From a virus: a DNA stretch of 64,000 bases. The position numbers and the translations under genes were made by a program. The first letter of the stretch is position 1; every line of letters starts with the position of its first letter. The stretch is from positions 22,775-86,774 of the IMG/VR virus record IMGVR_UViG_3300025168_000049; one strand, 5' to 3'. Of the stretch, positions 36,276 through 48,200 are shown one piece after another. The notes below the pieces were generated by a model. That model had not been told where the DNA came from. It did not search any database and worked only from the letters and a program-made list of their open reading frames with translations.

Positions 36276-38930
36276 ATGGCAAATAAATATAGTAAGTATG
36301 CATTAAAACCTTATGTAAGTACTTATGTAGATCCTGGATCTGTGAAAGTTAATCAGATTCTAGCAGAGCGTTACGACAAAAATAAAGAAAAGAAAGACTT
36401 AGTTGATAGAACATTAGGCTCTTTTAATGCTTTACAGGGGGACCAGTATTTGGTTCAAGAAGCAAAGAATGAGGTTAGGAGCTCATTAAAAGGTATTGTA
36501 CAAAATGGTAATTATGAAGATGCTGGGCTGTTAATTGATGAAGCTATTGTCAGAATGGATACTGATAGAGGACTATTAGCTGCTAAAAAATCATATGATA
36601 ATAGAGCTCAAGAATTAGAATGGATTAAAAAAGCTACTTTTGAAGGACAACAAGTTTTAGATTTTGGAAGAGGTAGAGCGGAGAATCATAATTCTTATAC
36701 TACAAACTCTGAGTCTGGAGCCCTGGAAGAAAATATATACCAACCTTTATCTGAAGCACAGTTAGATTATAATGGAGCAATGTCTAAACTTGTAAAAGGA
36801 ATTAAAGGTGGTACCTATGGTGTAAGTCAAGGACACGCCAATAATATAGCTAAAGGTTTATATCTTAATTACATAAGAAGTAACGAGGGTAAGCAAGATT
36901 TTAGACGTTTAATGGAATTAGAGTTACCTCAAACATTGTCTTATGATGAAAGAGAGACATTGGCTGCACAAGATATTATGAAACGTCTTAAATCGTTTAC
37001 AAATCAATATGTTCATCAATTGGTTCCTAAAAATAAAAAGGATAAAAACATAAATGGAAGGACGGAGAAAGAGCAGCAGATAGTTACTAACACCATGAAT
37101 AAGATTAAAGGTAATAATGATTGGGCGACTAGTAATGGTTATAAGGCTACTGATGTAGCTAGTATAGAAGATGAAACTTGGTTTAATGAAAAACTATTAA
37201 ATTTAAATAATAAAGCTATTACCCAGTATATGCTAAAAACTGATGAAGGCACACAAAAGGGTAATGAGTATATGCAGATGAAGCAGGATCAGATTATCAC
37301 TATGTCTCAAATTCCTACAAATCAAGGAGGATATACGGATGTAGAAGCTAGAAAATTTAAGTATCAAATGGTTGACCAGTTTTTGACTGAAGAGAAAATG
37401 CTGACTTTTACAGAATGGCAGGCACAAAATCCTACTTTATTAGTAGATCAAGACAGTAAACCTCTTCCTACGGGACAACAAGTCTCTAAATATAGAGAGT
37501 ATAAAGAACAAGATAAATTTAGAACTAATCCTGATCTAGTTAAATTTGGTTCATATATCAATTATGTTACTGATGAATCTTGGTCTATAGCAAGTTTACT
37601 CCAGCCTGAATATGAGAATATAGATGCGGGTGATGCAACAATAGGATTAGGTGCGGATATTACAAAGAAAGCTATTGGATATGGATTAGACAAAGTATTT
37701 AAAACCGGTTTAAGTAAATTTGCTGGTGGCTGGATGTTCACAGGCCTTGGGCTAGGCTCGGATATAGGAGAGCTTACATATGAATGGGCAAATAATGCAT
37801 TGGATCCAAATGATAATGTAAGACAATCGAATAGACAACAAGGTGGAGGTGAAGATAATTTGTGGACACAGATGGGCACCATGAATGAGTTAGACCGATT
37901 ATTAGAAAATATTACTCATATTAAACGTCTAAATAATCAACTAGGAACACACTTTACAGAAGAGGATATACCAATGCTACAAGAAAAAGCAGAGAACGTT
38001 TATAGATTCCAAACAGGAGCAGATGGTGCAAATGACGATCCTAATGTACGTACTGGAGATGAGTTAACAGATATATTTAATGACTATGATGGAGAAGTTT
38101 ATGAAGGTAAATACTTTAAACCTAATATTGCTTCTAATGCGGGTCTAGACGCAGCAAAGAAAGCTAATGAAGGACTTTCTTTTTATGCTCCTAGTGACTT
38201 TAATGTTTGGGGTGTTACTGAAGGTAGTGATCCTTGGAAGGAGATTTTCAGTGATGGTATAGGAGCATTAAAAATAGAAGGTGTAATTGCACCCTCTTTA
38301 ATGACTTCTACACAAACTAAATTTGTATTGCAAAAACCTGGGAAAGGAGATAAGAAAACAAAACGATATTTGGCTAATATGAAAGAGGGTGAAGGTATGG
38401 ATAAGATGGGACTAGAGAATCCAAACAACGCAGCATCAGCAAGATTAGGGCATTATAACTTTGTTGTAATGAATGATGCTATTATGCAACTAGAAGGAGA
38501 TCACTCAGTAACACTACTTGAACTTAGCACAGCTATAAATAACTCTTTAGTAGGTCCTCAAGGAAATGGAGGTTTACGACAGGATTTAATGACATTTGAT
38601 AAGGATGAGGTTGTTCTTGGCCAACAGGAGATTAATGAGGCTTATATGGAAACTATGTTAATGTTCCTTGAGCAGAGTCCTGAAGGATTGGCCATTGTTA
38701 TGGATACTCAAGATCAAATAGAAAGTGTATTAGATGCAGAGTATGGACTTAAAAGAGATGAGAGTGGAAAAGTAACGGAAGCTCCAGAAGGGTTTGATCC
38801 TTCTGTTTATGAAAAGGTATATAATCAAACTTTTCAAAAAATGATGTTTTGGGGAGATAATGCTTTCTGTACTAATGATAAATTTATTATTAGAGATTCA
38901 TATGGAGGCTACAGCAAAACTATAAATTAA
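36276..38930 (+). CDS. Cargo/ejection protein
   Basis: Likely start is ATG 36276 (MANKYSKY..YVSTYV) rather than GTG 36243. Helical; lies in the cargo cluster. Confidence 0.55.
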   Translation: MANKYSKYALKPYVSTYVDPGSVKVNQILAERYDKNKEKKDLVDRTLGSFNALQGDQYLVQEAKNEVRSSLKGIVQNGNYEDAGLLIDEAIVRMDTDRGLLAAKKSYDNRAQELEWIKKATFEGQQVLDFGRGRAENHNSYTTNSESGALEENIYQPLSEAQLDYNGAMSKLVKGIKGGTYGVSQGHANNIAKGLYLNYIRSNEGKQDFRRLMELELPQTLSYDERETLAAQDIMKRLKSFTNQYVHQLVPKNKKDKNINGRTEKEQQIVTNTMNKIKGNNDWATSNGYKATDVASIEDETWFNEKLLNLNNKAITQYMLKTDEGTQKGNEYMQMKQDQIITMSQIPTNQGGYTDVEARKFKYQMVDQFLTEEKMLTFTEWQAQNPTLLVDQDSKPLPTGQQVSKYREYKEQDKFRTNPDLVKFGSYINYVTDESWSIASLLQPEYENIDAGDATIGLGADITKKAIGYGLDKVFKTGLSKFAGGWMFTGLGLGSDIGELTYEWANNALDPNDNVRQSNRQQGGGEDNLWTQMGTMNELDRLLENITHIKRLNNQLGTHFTEEDIPMLQEKAENVYRFQTGADGANDDPNVRTGDELTDIFNDYDGEVYEGKYFKPNIASNAGLDAAKKANEGLSFYAPSDFNVWGVTEGSDPWKEIFSDGIGALKIEGVIAPSLMTSTQTKFVLQKPGKGDKKTKRYLANMKEGEGMDKMGLENPNNAASARLGHYNFVVMNDAIMQLEGDHSVTLLELSTAINNSLVGPQGNGGLRQDLMTFDKDEVVLGQQEINEAYMETMLMFLEQSPEGLAIVMDTQDQIESVLDAEYGLKRDESGKVTEAPEGFDPSVYEKVYNQTFQKMMFWGDNAFCTNDKFIIRDSYGGYSKTIN

Positions 38931-38933
38931 AAC

Positions 38934-41900
38934 ATGGCCAAGAAAAAATTTGAAGTGACTGGAGAAGGGAGCTTATTAGATGCTCCAATATTAGCAGCTC
39001 CTGAAGACGGAGTTAACACTGTTACAGCTCCTGGAGTACCAGAGGTCGAGGAAGAAATTCCATTATCTCAAACTGCTTTAGAAGGAATAAGTAAAGTTGA
39101 AGCTAATATTCAAGATAGAATTTCTCAAGGGGGAATGTATACAGAGACCCCAACAGCTATGCAAAAACCTCTTTATGGCGAGCTGCTTCACGATAAGTCA
39201 GTTGAAGACTATGCTGATTATATTGACAGACCTTTTTCTTTTATTACTGATGATGCTGATGACTTAAGAGCATACGGACAAACTACTGGTGAAAAGTGGA
39301 AATACGCTTTACCTAAACTTGTTACACGTGTAGGTACAAACATTTTAGGATCTACAGTAGGACTAGTTTATGGAGGAGGCCAATTCTTATCAGAGTTAGG
39401 TACAGAAAATAGTGCCACACATGCGTTTTTTGATAATGACTTTCAACGATCTTTAGATGGTATAAATGACTATATGGATGGAGCTCTTCCACACTATTAT
39501 ACTAAAGAAGAGCAAAATTATAATTTCTGGCAATCTGCAGGTACAGCAAACTTTTGGGCTAATGATTTTAGTCAAGGACTTTCTTTTGTAATTGGAGCTG
39601 TTCTTTCTGAATACTTATCTGCTGGTTTAGGTACTGCTATGGTGAATACTAAAGCAGCTACATTATTTAAAAGATTGGGTAAACCTGCTAAGTACAGTAA
39701 GGCAGATGATGCTGCATCGAGCGTCACTTCTAAAATGAAAAATAATATTGTTGCGCCTCAACGAGTTAGAAACGTGGCAACTACTGCAAGACAGTTAGGT
39801 ACAGGTGCTATGTATGAGGCTGGGGTAGAAGCAAGACACCACTATGATGCAACTTTAGAAAATTTAATGGCATCTTATAAAGAAGAGCACAATTTAAAAC
39901 AAAATGATGTAATTCCTGCAGACGATTTAAAAGGGTTGATTGATATAACAACTATGAGTTCTAACGCTGTATTTGCTTCTAATGTAGCATTAGTAGGATA
40001 TGGTAACTACATGATGTTCCCTAAGATATTTGGTAAAGGCTATAATTCAACTAGAGGAACATTGTCTAAAAAAATAAAAAGCGAACTAACTAATAAAGGT
40101 AGAGCGTACAAAGAGTTATTTAAAGATATAGGTAAGACAGAATCTTTGATGAGGAATTCTTGGAAGGTTCTTAAAGTACCTTTATATGAAGGATTTGTAG
40201 AGGAAGGAGGTCAAAAATTAATGGACCTTACTGGACAAGGCGCTGCAGAGAATTTTTATGCGTCTAAACGTGATCCAAGTATGACTGGCATGGTTAGTGA
40301 AATGGTGTTAAACATTAATGATAAATTTGGAGAAACTTACGGTAGTAAAGAGGGCCAGAAAGAAATTGGTATAGGATTTATCTTAGGAGCTTTAGGATTA
40401 CCAGGTAAGTCACGATCATCGTCTACTAGTGAGAAAGGCGGATGGAGTATGCAGGGTGGTGTATGGGATACATTTAGAGATATGAAATCACAAAAAACTG
40501 CTATTTCTGCTCTAAAAGCTAACTTGGAGAAATCAACCTCAATGAAAGAAGCATTTGAGCGTAATTTTGATGCTTTAGTTAGAGCAAATGTAATACAAGA
40601 TAGTAAAGATTTTGCTATGATTATTGATAGTCCCTTTATGTACAAGAATGCAGAAGAGGACGAAATATTCAATTATATCAATTCTCGATTACAAGCTGGG
40701 TTTGAATCAGAGATATTAGATAATATTGATCATATTAGAAATATGAGTAATGAGGAGTTTAGAGATAGTTTCTTATACAATGAGAAAAATGATCTAAGTG
40801 ATGAAGCTTTACAAAAAAGAAAAAATGCAATCGCAGATATGATGCTAGATCGGGTTACCAAGATAAAGCAAACTACCGATATGATAGATAGAACATTTAT
40901 CAATTGGGGACAAGACCAAAAAACTGCAGTTATACATGCGCTATCTATTGCAGATAATGCAGATATAAGAGAGAGTGGTATTATAGAAGCAATAGAAGCA
41001 GCAACAGGGATGACCTTAGAAGGAGAAGCAGTTGAATCTATTGCAGAAAGAGATAAAAGAGAAGATAACAATTCTAGAGTTAGGGCAAGGACTATTTGGG
41101 GTAGACTTTCGCAAAAAAGAAAAGATGAGATTAATAACATGCCTATTACGAGAGAGTTAAAACGTAAGTTAGGTATTAGAGAATTTACAGATCCTACGCA
41201 TTTAGAAGAATTGATGCACACTTTACATGAGAAAAGTGCAATGATTGAGAAAGAAATGGAAAGCGTTGAGGCTGATGAATCTATGTCTGCGTATGAAAAA
41301 GATAGTAGATTAATATCTTTAGCAGAGGATCAAACAAAAGTACGAGGAAGGCTTGTAGAGCTTAATAAAGCTTTAAATGAGGGAATGGATCCTGATTTAA
41401 GCGCAATGGAGCAAGAGTATTTAGATACTTGGAAAGCAACAAATCCAAAAACTTACGCAGAAAACTCTGAGGAAACAATACAAATGTTGAAAGATCTTAG
41501 AAAACTAAGAGCTCGTAGACATAGGGCTATTGATATGTACAATACTTTATTATCTTTAAAAGATCAAAATTGGAGCAATAAAAATAATAAAGGTGTAATA
41601 CCTCCTCCTGAATTAATGTTACAACGTTTATTGGATTTTTCTAATAATCCTGTAATGAACATTTCTGATAAGCAGTTACAAAGAATGTACATGAGGTATG
41701 CTGGGAAGACCATCGAAATGAAGTATACAACTAAAGATGGGCAGCAAAAAACTTATAGGTATTATGTAGAAGAGACTAGAATAGAGTCTGAAAATGACAA
41801 AGTACTTATTAGACTGCCTTCGTATGATACTATTGAACTACTAAGAAAGAAAGATGAGTTAACAGAGTTAATAGAATATAATAAGAAGAATTCGCTTAAT

Positions 41901-44900
41901 ACCTTGCAAGAGGAACAAGAGTTAGAAGAGATTAAAGAGGAGTTAAAGCAGAATAAACATATAACAGAGTATAAGGATGCACAACAAGAATTAAGCTTCT
42001 TAAAAGAGCATGAGGGTGAAATTCAAGTTATTACTTTACCACAACAAGCTAAAGAGTATTTAGACAGGACTATACAACTAGTTAATACAGAGTTTTCCAC
42101 GACGTTAAAAAACTTAGAGGAAAATGGTATTGAACTAGAAAAGGATGTTGCAAGTGCTACAGCAGCTCTTGAGAAATTTTTACGAGAGTCTAAAAAAGCC
42201 TTACGAAAGAAGTTAGGTGTAAAACGTTTAAATAAAGATCAATTAGAAGCATTACATTTAACTGCGTCTGAAAAGATAGGAGAATTACAATTTCAAATTG
42301 ATGTAACGACAGACATGTTAAGCGAGCACGATGAAACTGTTAGAAAAATTAAAACAGATGTAGGAGTATTGCATAACTTTACCACTGAAGTCAGTGATGT
42401 TAAATCTGTAAATCACGCTTATACTTTAATAGAGAAACTATTTGAAAAGCAATGGGGCGGATCTAGATCTAAGATCTATAAAGATATGATAGGAAAATTG
42501 AAAAAAGATCCTATTAAAGCTCTATTAGAAGATAAAGACGGTGATTTAGATATAGAACAGTTACAACAGATAGCTGCTATTCTTTCTAGTAATAAAGAAA
42601 TGCCTATAGAGTTGTTGTCTAAGTTTGAGCCTCAAGCAAAAGTTCTTAGAGATCATTTAGATGATATAATAGCTAAAGTAGCGGACCTTAAAGCCGGCCT
42701 TCAGTTAAAGAAAGACGGTGAAATATCTAAGAAGCAATCTAAAGCCAATGCTTCAAAAGTAAAAGAATTAGAAACACTGCATGCAGACTATACTGAGACT
42801 AGTGCTGCTATTTCCGATATAGAAGAAGATTTGCGGGCCAGAACTAAGAAGTTTATATTAGAAATGAATAGGTATACATCTCTAACACAAGCTTTAGGAG
42901 AGCATTTGGATTTTATACGTACTACTATAGAGGGTATTACCAGTAACATAGAGATTGAAAATGAGAACGTCCAGGGTCCTGAAACGGCTTTAGGCATGAT
43001 GACACCAGCAGAGATTGCAGAGGCATCTATTGCTAATCCTAAAAAAGCTTTCTATAACTCTATGCCTATTAGTGATATAAGATTTGGTAAAACTGCTGGG
43101 AATCACTCAGTAGCAGAAAGAGACTATAAAGAGCTAGTTGAACTTATTGCTAGCGATAAGTTTTCTGAAATGCCAGCTAAAGATAAGAAACAAATTGAAG
43201 TTCGTTTAGCTCACGCTAAATCACAAATGAGATTTTTTGAATTTACATCTACAATAAATAAGACTACAGGTAGTAAAACTAATATGAACAACTTTAGATT
43301 TATGTATGTTCATAAAAACTCTATATCAGATGAATTAGCTCCTAAACTTACATTCTTTGATAAAGGTAAATTTTATTATGGGGATGAAGTTAAAGGGCAA
43401 AAGATGCGTAGTGAGGATAAAGAGAGTATTAAAATTATTATTACGGATCAGAAAGGGACTCCATTAACGGATGCTCAAGGAGAGCTTATATATACTGATG
43501 CTCCATCTACAAATTTATACGCTAAACAAAAAACAAAAGGAGGAAAATCTATAGAAATTTATAGATTTGGAAGACAGGATCTTATACCTGAATCTGTAGA
43601 GGAGCATACAATGGCTAATGGTGATATTGGATTAACAGGAGAGCTTACTAATACTGCTAAAGAGGCATTAGCTTGGTATACTAATTTTAGAACTAATTTC
43701 TTACAAATATCTGATCCAAGATTTTTAGGTATCTCTAGAAAAAGTTTTGCACTGGTTAATTTGGCTCAAGGAGCAAGAGATCAAAATCCATCAGATTTTA
43801 TCAGACCAAGTAAGTCTTTAGTACAAAAAAGTCACCAAGTAAAAGATATTAAATTAAGAGTTAATGTCGATCCTAGTGGAGTTGTAAGTGAAGAAGGAAA
43901 AGAAGTTAAAGTTAAGGCTGGGTTCCCATACGTAATTAAAAATGGTAATATAATTCCTATGTACTCACGAGAATTAACTGGTGCGCAGGTTGGTAATATT
44001 GTAAATCTCTTTAAACTACTAGCTAAAAAACAACAAGATTTAACTGGTAAGAAAATAACTAAAGAAGAGTCTGTAAGATTTGGTCCTGATAGCAAGACTA
44101 TCCACCAAATGATTAAGAATCAAGTTTTCTTTGGAGGGTATTCAAAGACTCGTGCTAACGGGCAGTACTCTCTTTACATGATGGGAGATACTATTAAGTT
44201 TGGAACACACGGAGAGATTGAGCTTGCACAACTTTTAGATCCAGCTAATAACACACAATTAATAGACAACTTTAAAGAGCATTTAAGCACACTACTACAT
44301 CAGGTAGATTACTTTGCTTTAAAGCAAGATATTGTACAACAGGATGGACTAGCTACTGATTTTGCTGCTTTAGAAAAGAAATGGCATACAACTAAAGAGA
44401 AGGCACAAGATAGCGGTAAATTTTTAGATGATACTGGTACTTTTAGCGTAGAGATATTTAATAAATGGAAACAAAAAAATCCATATCCAACTAAACCAAG
44501 TCCTGCTTATACTGAATTCTTAGAGTATAAAGTTAACGAGGATTTAACTGTAGATATAATTACTTGGGCTAATTATACTGAGTATTTACTTGGTGATCAG
44601 GGTATGGGAGAGAAAGCAGAAAGAAGAGATGTAGAAAACATACCTCTTCATAGCTATATGCAAGATGACACTTCAGGTATGGAGACATCGTGGAAAACTC
44701 CACAGTTTAAAAATGTATGGATAGGACCAAATTCTAAACATATGGCTTTAACAGGATCAAAAAATAAACGTATGTTAACGTTAGAAGAATTAAATCCTAA
44801 AGCTAAAATGCCAAAAGTAGAAACTAAGGTTCCTACAGAAAAACTAACAGTAGCCGGCAAGAAATTTAAATTCACAGGCGACGTGATTGATGCTACTTTT

Positions 44901-45206
44901 ATTATAAAAACTGATTTTGGTGTTGAGAAAGGGAAAAAAATTAGTAATATTGTAATCACTAATAAAGCAGGAAAAATTGTTAAAGATGCAGATAAATTAG
45001 CGCAACTTCAAACAGCTGTGGAGACTGAAGGTGCTTTTGAATCTATGATAGAGGATGCTATAATAGAAGAAGTTAAAGAACTTTCTAAAAAGAAAACTAA
45101 AAAGAAAGCTCCTACAGACCTTTCAAAATTGACAAAGAAGAATAAACACAAAGGCAGTAAAAATAAATTTAACACAGAGGACAGTAACCAAGAAGATTGT
45201 AACTAA
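38934..45206 (+). CDS. Giant virion protein preceding the RNAP (phi14:2 gp65-like position)
   Basis: 2090 aa with hydrophobic N-terminal segments, EAGVEAR and EGFVEEGGQ motifs, and long coiled coils. Confidence 0.65.
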   Translation: MAKKKFEVTGEGSLLDAPILAAPEDGVNTVTAPGVPEVEEEIPLSQTALEGISKVEANIQDRISQGGMYTETPTAMQKPLYGELLHDKSVEDYADYIDRPFSFITDDADDLRAYGQTTGEKWKYALPKLVTRVGTNILGSTVGLVYGGGQFLSELGTENSATHAFFDNDFQRSLDGINDYMDGALPHYYTKEEQNYNFWQSAGTANFWANDFSQGLSFVIGAVLSEYLSAGLGTAMVNTKAATLFKRLGKPAKYSKADDAASSVTSKMKNNIVAPQRVRNVATTARQLGTGAMYEAGVEARHHYDATLENLMASYKEEHNLKQNDVIPADDLKGLIDITTMSSNAVFASNVALVGYGNYMMFPKIFGKGYNSTRGTLSKKIKSELTNKGRAYKELFKDIGKTESLMRNSWKVLKVPLYEGFVEEGGQKLMDLTGQGAAENFYASKRDPSMTGMVSEMVLNINDKFGETYGSKEGQKEIGIGFILGALGLPGKSRSSSTSEKGGWSMQGGVWDTFRDMKSQKTAISALKANLEKSTSMKEAFERNFDALVRANVIQDSKDFAMIIDSPFMYKNAEEDEIFNYINSRLQAGFESEILDNIDHIRNMSNEEFRDSFLYNEKNDLSDEALQKRKNAIADMMLDRVTKIKQTTDMIDRTFINWGQDQKTAVIHALSIADNADIRESGIIEAIEAATGMTLEGEAVESIAERDKREDNNSRVRARTIWGRLSQKRKDEINNMPITRELKRKLGIREFTDPTHLEELMHTLHEKSAMIEKEMESVEADESMSAYEKDSRLISLAEDQTKVRGRLVELNKALNEGMDPDLSAMEQEYLDTWKATNPKTYAENSEETIQMLKDLRKLRARRHRAIDMYNTLLSLKDQNWSNKNNKGVIPPPELMLQRLLDFSNNPVMNISDKQLQRMYMRYAGKTIEMKYTTKDGQQKTYRYYVEETRIESENDKVLIRLPSYDTIELLRKKDELTELIEYNKKNSLNTLQEEQELEEIKEELKQNKHITEYKDAQQELSFLKEHEGEIQVITLPQQAKEYLDRTIQLVNTEFSTTLKNLEENGIELEKDVASATAALEKFLRESKKALRKKLGVKRLNKDQLEALHLTASEKIGELQFQIDVTTDMLSEHDETVRKIKTDVGVLHNFTTEVSDVKSVNHAYTLIEKLFEKQWGGSRSKIYKDMIGKLKKDPIKALLEDKDGDLDIEQLQQIAAILSSNKEMPIELLSKFEPQAKVLRDHLDDIIAKVADLKAGLQLKKDGEISKKQSKANASKVKELETLHADYTETSAAISDIEEDLRARTKKFILEMNRYTSLTQALGEHLDFIRTTIEGITSNIEIENENVQGPETALGMMTPAEIAEASIANPKKAFYNSMPISDIRFGKTAGNHSVAERDYKELVELIASDKFSEMPAKDKKQIEVRLAHAKSQMRFFEFTSTINKTTGSKTNMNNFRFMYVHKNSISDELAPKLTFFDKGKFYYGDEVKGQKMRSEDKESIKIIITDQKGTPLTDAQGELIYTDAPSTNLYAKQKTKGGKSIEIYRFGRQDLIPESVEEHTMANGDIGLTGELTNTAKEALAWYTNFRTNFLQISDPRFLGISRKSFALVNLAQGARDQNPSDFIRPSKSLVQKSHQVKDIKLRVNVDPSGVVSEEGKEVKVKAGFPYVIKNGNIIPMYSRELTGAQVGNIVNLFKLLAKKQQDLTGKKITKEESVRFGPDSKTIHQMIKNQVFFGGYSKTRANGQYSLYMMGDTIKFGTHGEIELAQLLDPANNTQLIDNFKEHLSTLLHQVDYFALKQDIVQQDGLATDFAALEKKWHTTKEKAQDSGKFLDDTGTFSVEIFNKWKQKNPYPTKPSPAYTEFLEYKVNEDLTVDIITWANYTEYLLGDQGMGEKAERRDVENIPLHSYMQDDTSGMETSWKTPQFKNVWIGPNSKHMALTGSKNKRMLTLEELNPKAKMPKVETKVPTEKLTVAGKKFKFTGDVIDATFIIKTDFGVEKGKKISNIVITNKAGKIVKDADKLAQLQTAVETEGAFESMIEDAIIEEVKELSKKKTKKKAPTDLSKLTKKNKHKGSKNKFNTEDSNQEDCN

Positions 45207-48200
45207 TGGCAAAAGGATGTGGAGTAAATATAGGAAAAGCAGATGCTAATAATCTAGAGGATATAGGATTAATATTAAATAGGATATTACCAGTATCTCC
45301 ATATCCTGTAGAACAAGTATATAATTTTTTAGCTTCTCATCAAGATATGGAGGAGTTACAAACTATGCATACTGCTTTAATAGGAGAAGGGTTAGAATAT
45401 GTAGATGATTGGGGTAAGTCTGTTTATTATCACAATTTTGTCAGTTCTGCTATGAAACTATTATCTGAAGAAGAGTTTACTCAGGTATATGAGAGTTTAC
45501 GAAAACAGAAAGGAAATATTACTACACATCTAGGTAAGAAAAAAGCATTTTCTAACCTATCTAACACTGATCTTTTACACTATTTAACAGAAGAGTTTAG
45601 AGAATATGCGTTTGCTGAAGGTAGTTATATTACAAAAACTCCGGGAGTTGAATCTCTATTTAAGTTTATACATAGTTTTTATGATAATATAGATGAAATG
45701 TCTGGTCTTTTAGAAGGTAGGGACGTAAGCTCATTCTCAGCTATTCTAAAGGAAGAGATGTTAGAGAAGGAAGATGGGTCCACAGAGAGGGTATCGTCTA
45801 TTAATACTCGTCATATGAGGTTTTTGAATGAATCTATGACTGTATCATTATTTCAAATAGCAGAGGAACAAGGAATGGATTTCTCTACTTTTTATAATTA
45901 TAAAGGAGATACTACAGCTTTATACAACAAGTTAAAAGAGATATTAGGGCAACCTTCTAACGATCTAACACAAAACACTGTATTCGCTAAACTAGTAAAA
46001 AGATTAAATGCTACAGGAGACTCTTTGTGGAACGATTTACAAAAAACACAAGATGGATCTTTAAAAGAGCATAGTTTAGATAAGGAAGTTTCTGCACTAT
46101 TAGAGTTGCTAGGGGAGAATCCAGAAGAAGGATTACTAGCAACATATTGGAATGATATTATAAAAGGTAATGTAGAGTTTTTATCAAAGTTTGATTTTGA
46201 TCTTGAATATGAATTACTGCAAGATAATGCAGAGTTGGAGGAAGGGTTAAATGAAGATGGGACAGCAATGGGTAGAGACTCATTGGGGATCAGAGCTGCT
46301 AATGAGATTAATCCTATTACTCGATTACAGCCGCACATTAAACTTATTATACGTACTTTACCAGAGGCTTTTTATGGAGAAGACGGAGGTATTAGATTTG
46401 GTACAAACAGATTTGGGACATATCGTTTAGCAGATTTTGGACAAACTGTTGGACATCTATACAGAGCATTATCTAATAAGAAAGATATGGCTTCACAAAT
46501 ATTTGCGTTAAAAGAATTAGCTCAAAAAGACGCTAAATTCTCTGTCTTAGCAGATCGATTAGGACTCCCTAATATTGCTTTTACTGATGTTGCAGATATT
46601 AATAAAGAACAAATAAATACACTACTTTCTTTCTTTACAGCGTTTAACAATGCTGAAGATGAGTATATGTTATTACGTGTAAGTGATAATGGTCAAAGGT
46701 CTTTAATGAACTCTAACGCAGAGCGTACTGATAAGCTTGTTGTAAACAGGTGGCAAGAGAATTTTAATGCCGTTATTCAGAGAGGAATTGGAAAGATAAA
46801 AAACGGTAGATATACTATTGATCTAAAAGCTACGTATAAAGGTAGAACTGTTGAAGAATGGTTAGAAGCTAAGCATACTATAAATAGTAGAATAGAGGTA
46901 TTAAACATGTTAGGATTTGATTTTGAAAATCCTACTAGGTTAATAGAATATGTTCAAAATCATCCAGAAGAAAAATTTTTACAGAATACACGGTGGATTT
47001 TAAATGATGTACTGAAGACTCCAAATTTATCTAAAATACTTTTTAGTAATTTAGGAGGACGTATTTCTAAACTAGCTAAACTAGAAGCTAAGACAGGTAA
47101 TTCTTTAGGAACGTTATTGCATACTAATGCACAAGGAAATAAAGTATATGGTATTACTCTAAAAGGGTTTGTTAATGTGTTAAAAGATGCATTTAATGAA
47201 GATGGAGAATTCTTAGCTGATCTAGAAAAATCTCCGACAGCTGTCAATTCTGTATACGGTAAGAAATTACAAGAGGGTATAGATATGGAGATTGGCGTTA
47301 TTGAAGGTAGTAATAATGCAGAGGATAATACTGGTACAGAACTATCTAATATGTCAAAAGCTGATATTGCTATGACGCATATTAATGCTATATTAAGTGG
47401 TCATGTTCCTTTAATTCGTACTGGTAATAAAAAATTAGGAAGAACTATTAAGGTAGGAGATCCAGATTTTAAATTAGGTATGAGCTCAATGATTAAAATC
47501 ATGAAAGGATATTTAGTTGATGAGGTTATGACTGCAAATGCAATTAAACAAGGAGCAGCTACTAATATTCAAGGGATTAGAGAACATGGTTCTAAACTAC
47601 AATTTTTTAATGACCCTAAATTTTCAGATATACATACTCTACTTACAGAGAAATACATAATGACACCGTTTATTACGCGTGATGAGGTGACAAGTGAAAT
47701 TAATAAAAGTTCTGCAGTAACTTCATCTATCATAGAATATTTATCTAGTAGAATTTCAGATAATAATATTACATTAAAAAAATATAATGTAGTCCAAGAA
47801 AAAAATGGAGTAGTTATGAATATTGGACTAGACAATAATCATTTATCTGCACTAGCCTCGTCTATAGGGGAAGAGCATGGATTAGAAGGTTCTCAAATTC
47901 CAGACATAGTTTATAAAAAAACATTGGAACAAATTACTTTTATCCAGGAAATAGGAATGCATGAACAATTTAAATTGTTATTAGGGCATCCAGCTGTATA
48001 CTCAGATTTATTTAAACGTACATCAGGATTAGTTTCTCCTAAAAAGTACCCTTTTTCTGATAAGTTATTATTAGCTCGTATACAAGAACTGTTTCCTAAC
48101 AAAGCAAATCCAAACAGAATAATTGATGGTACTGCAAGGTTTGTAACTAGAGAAGAAGTTTTAGAGACTTCTGTATATAAAGAAAAATATAAAGCTATTT

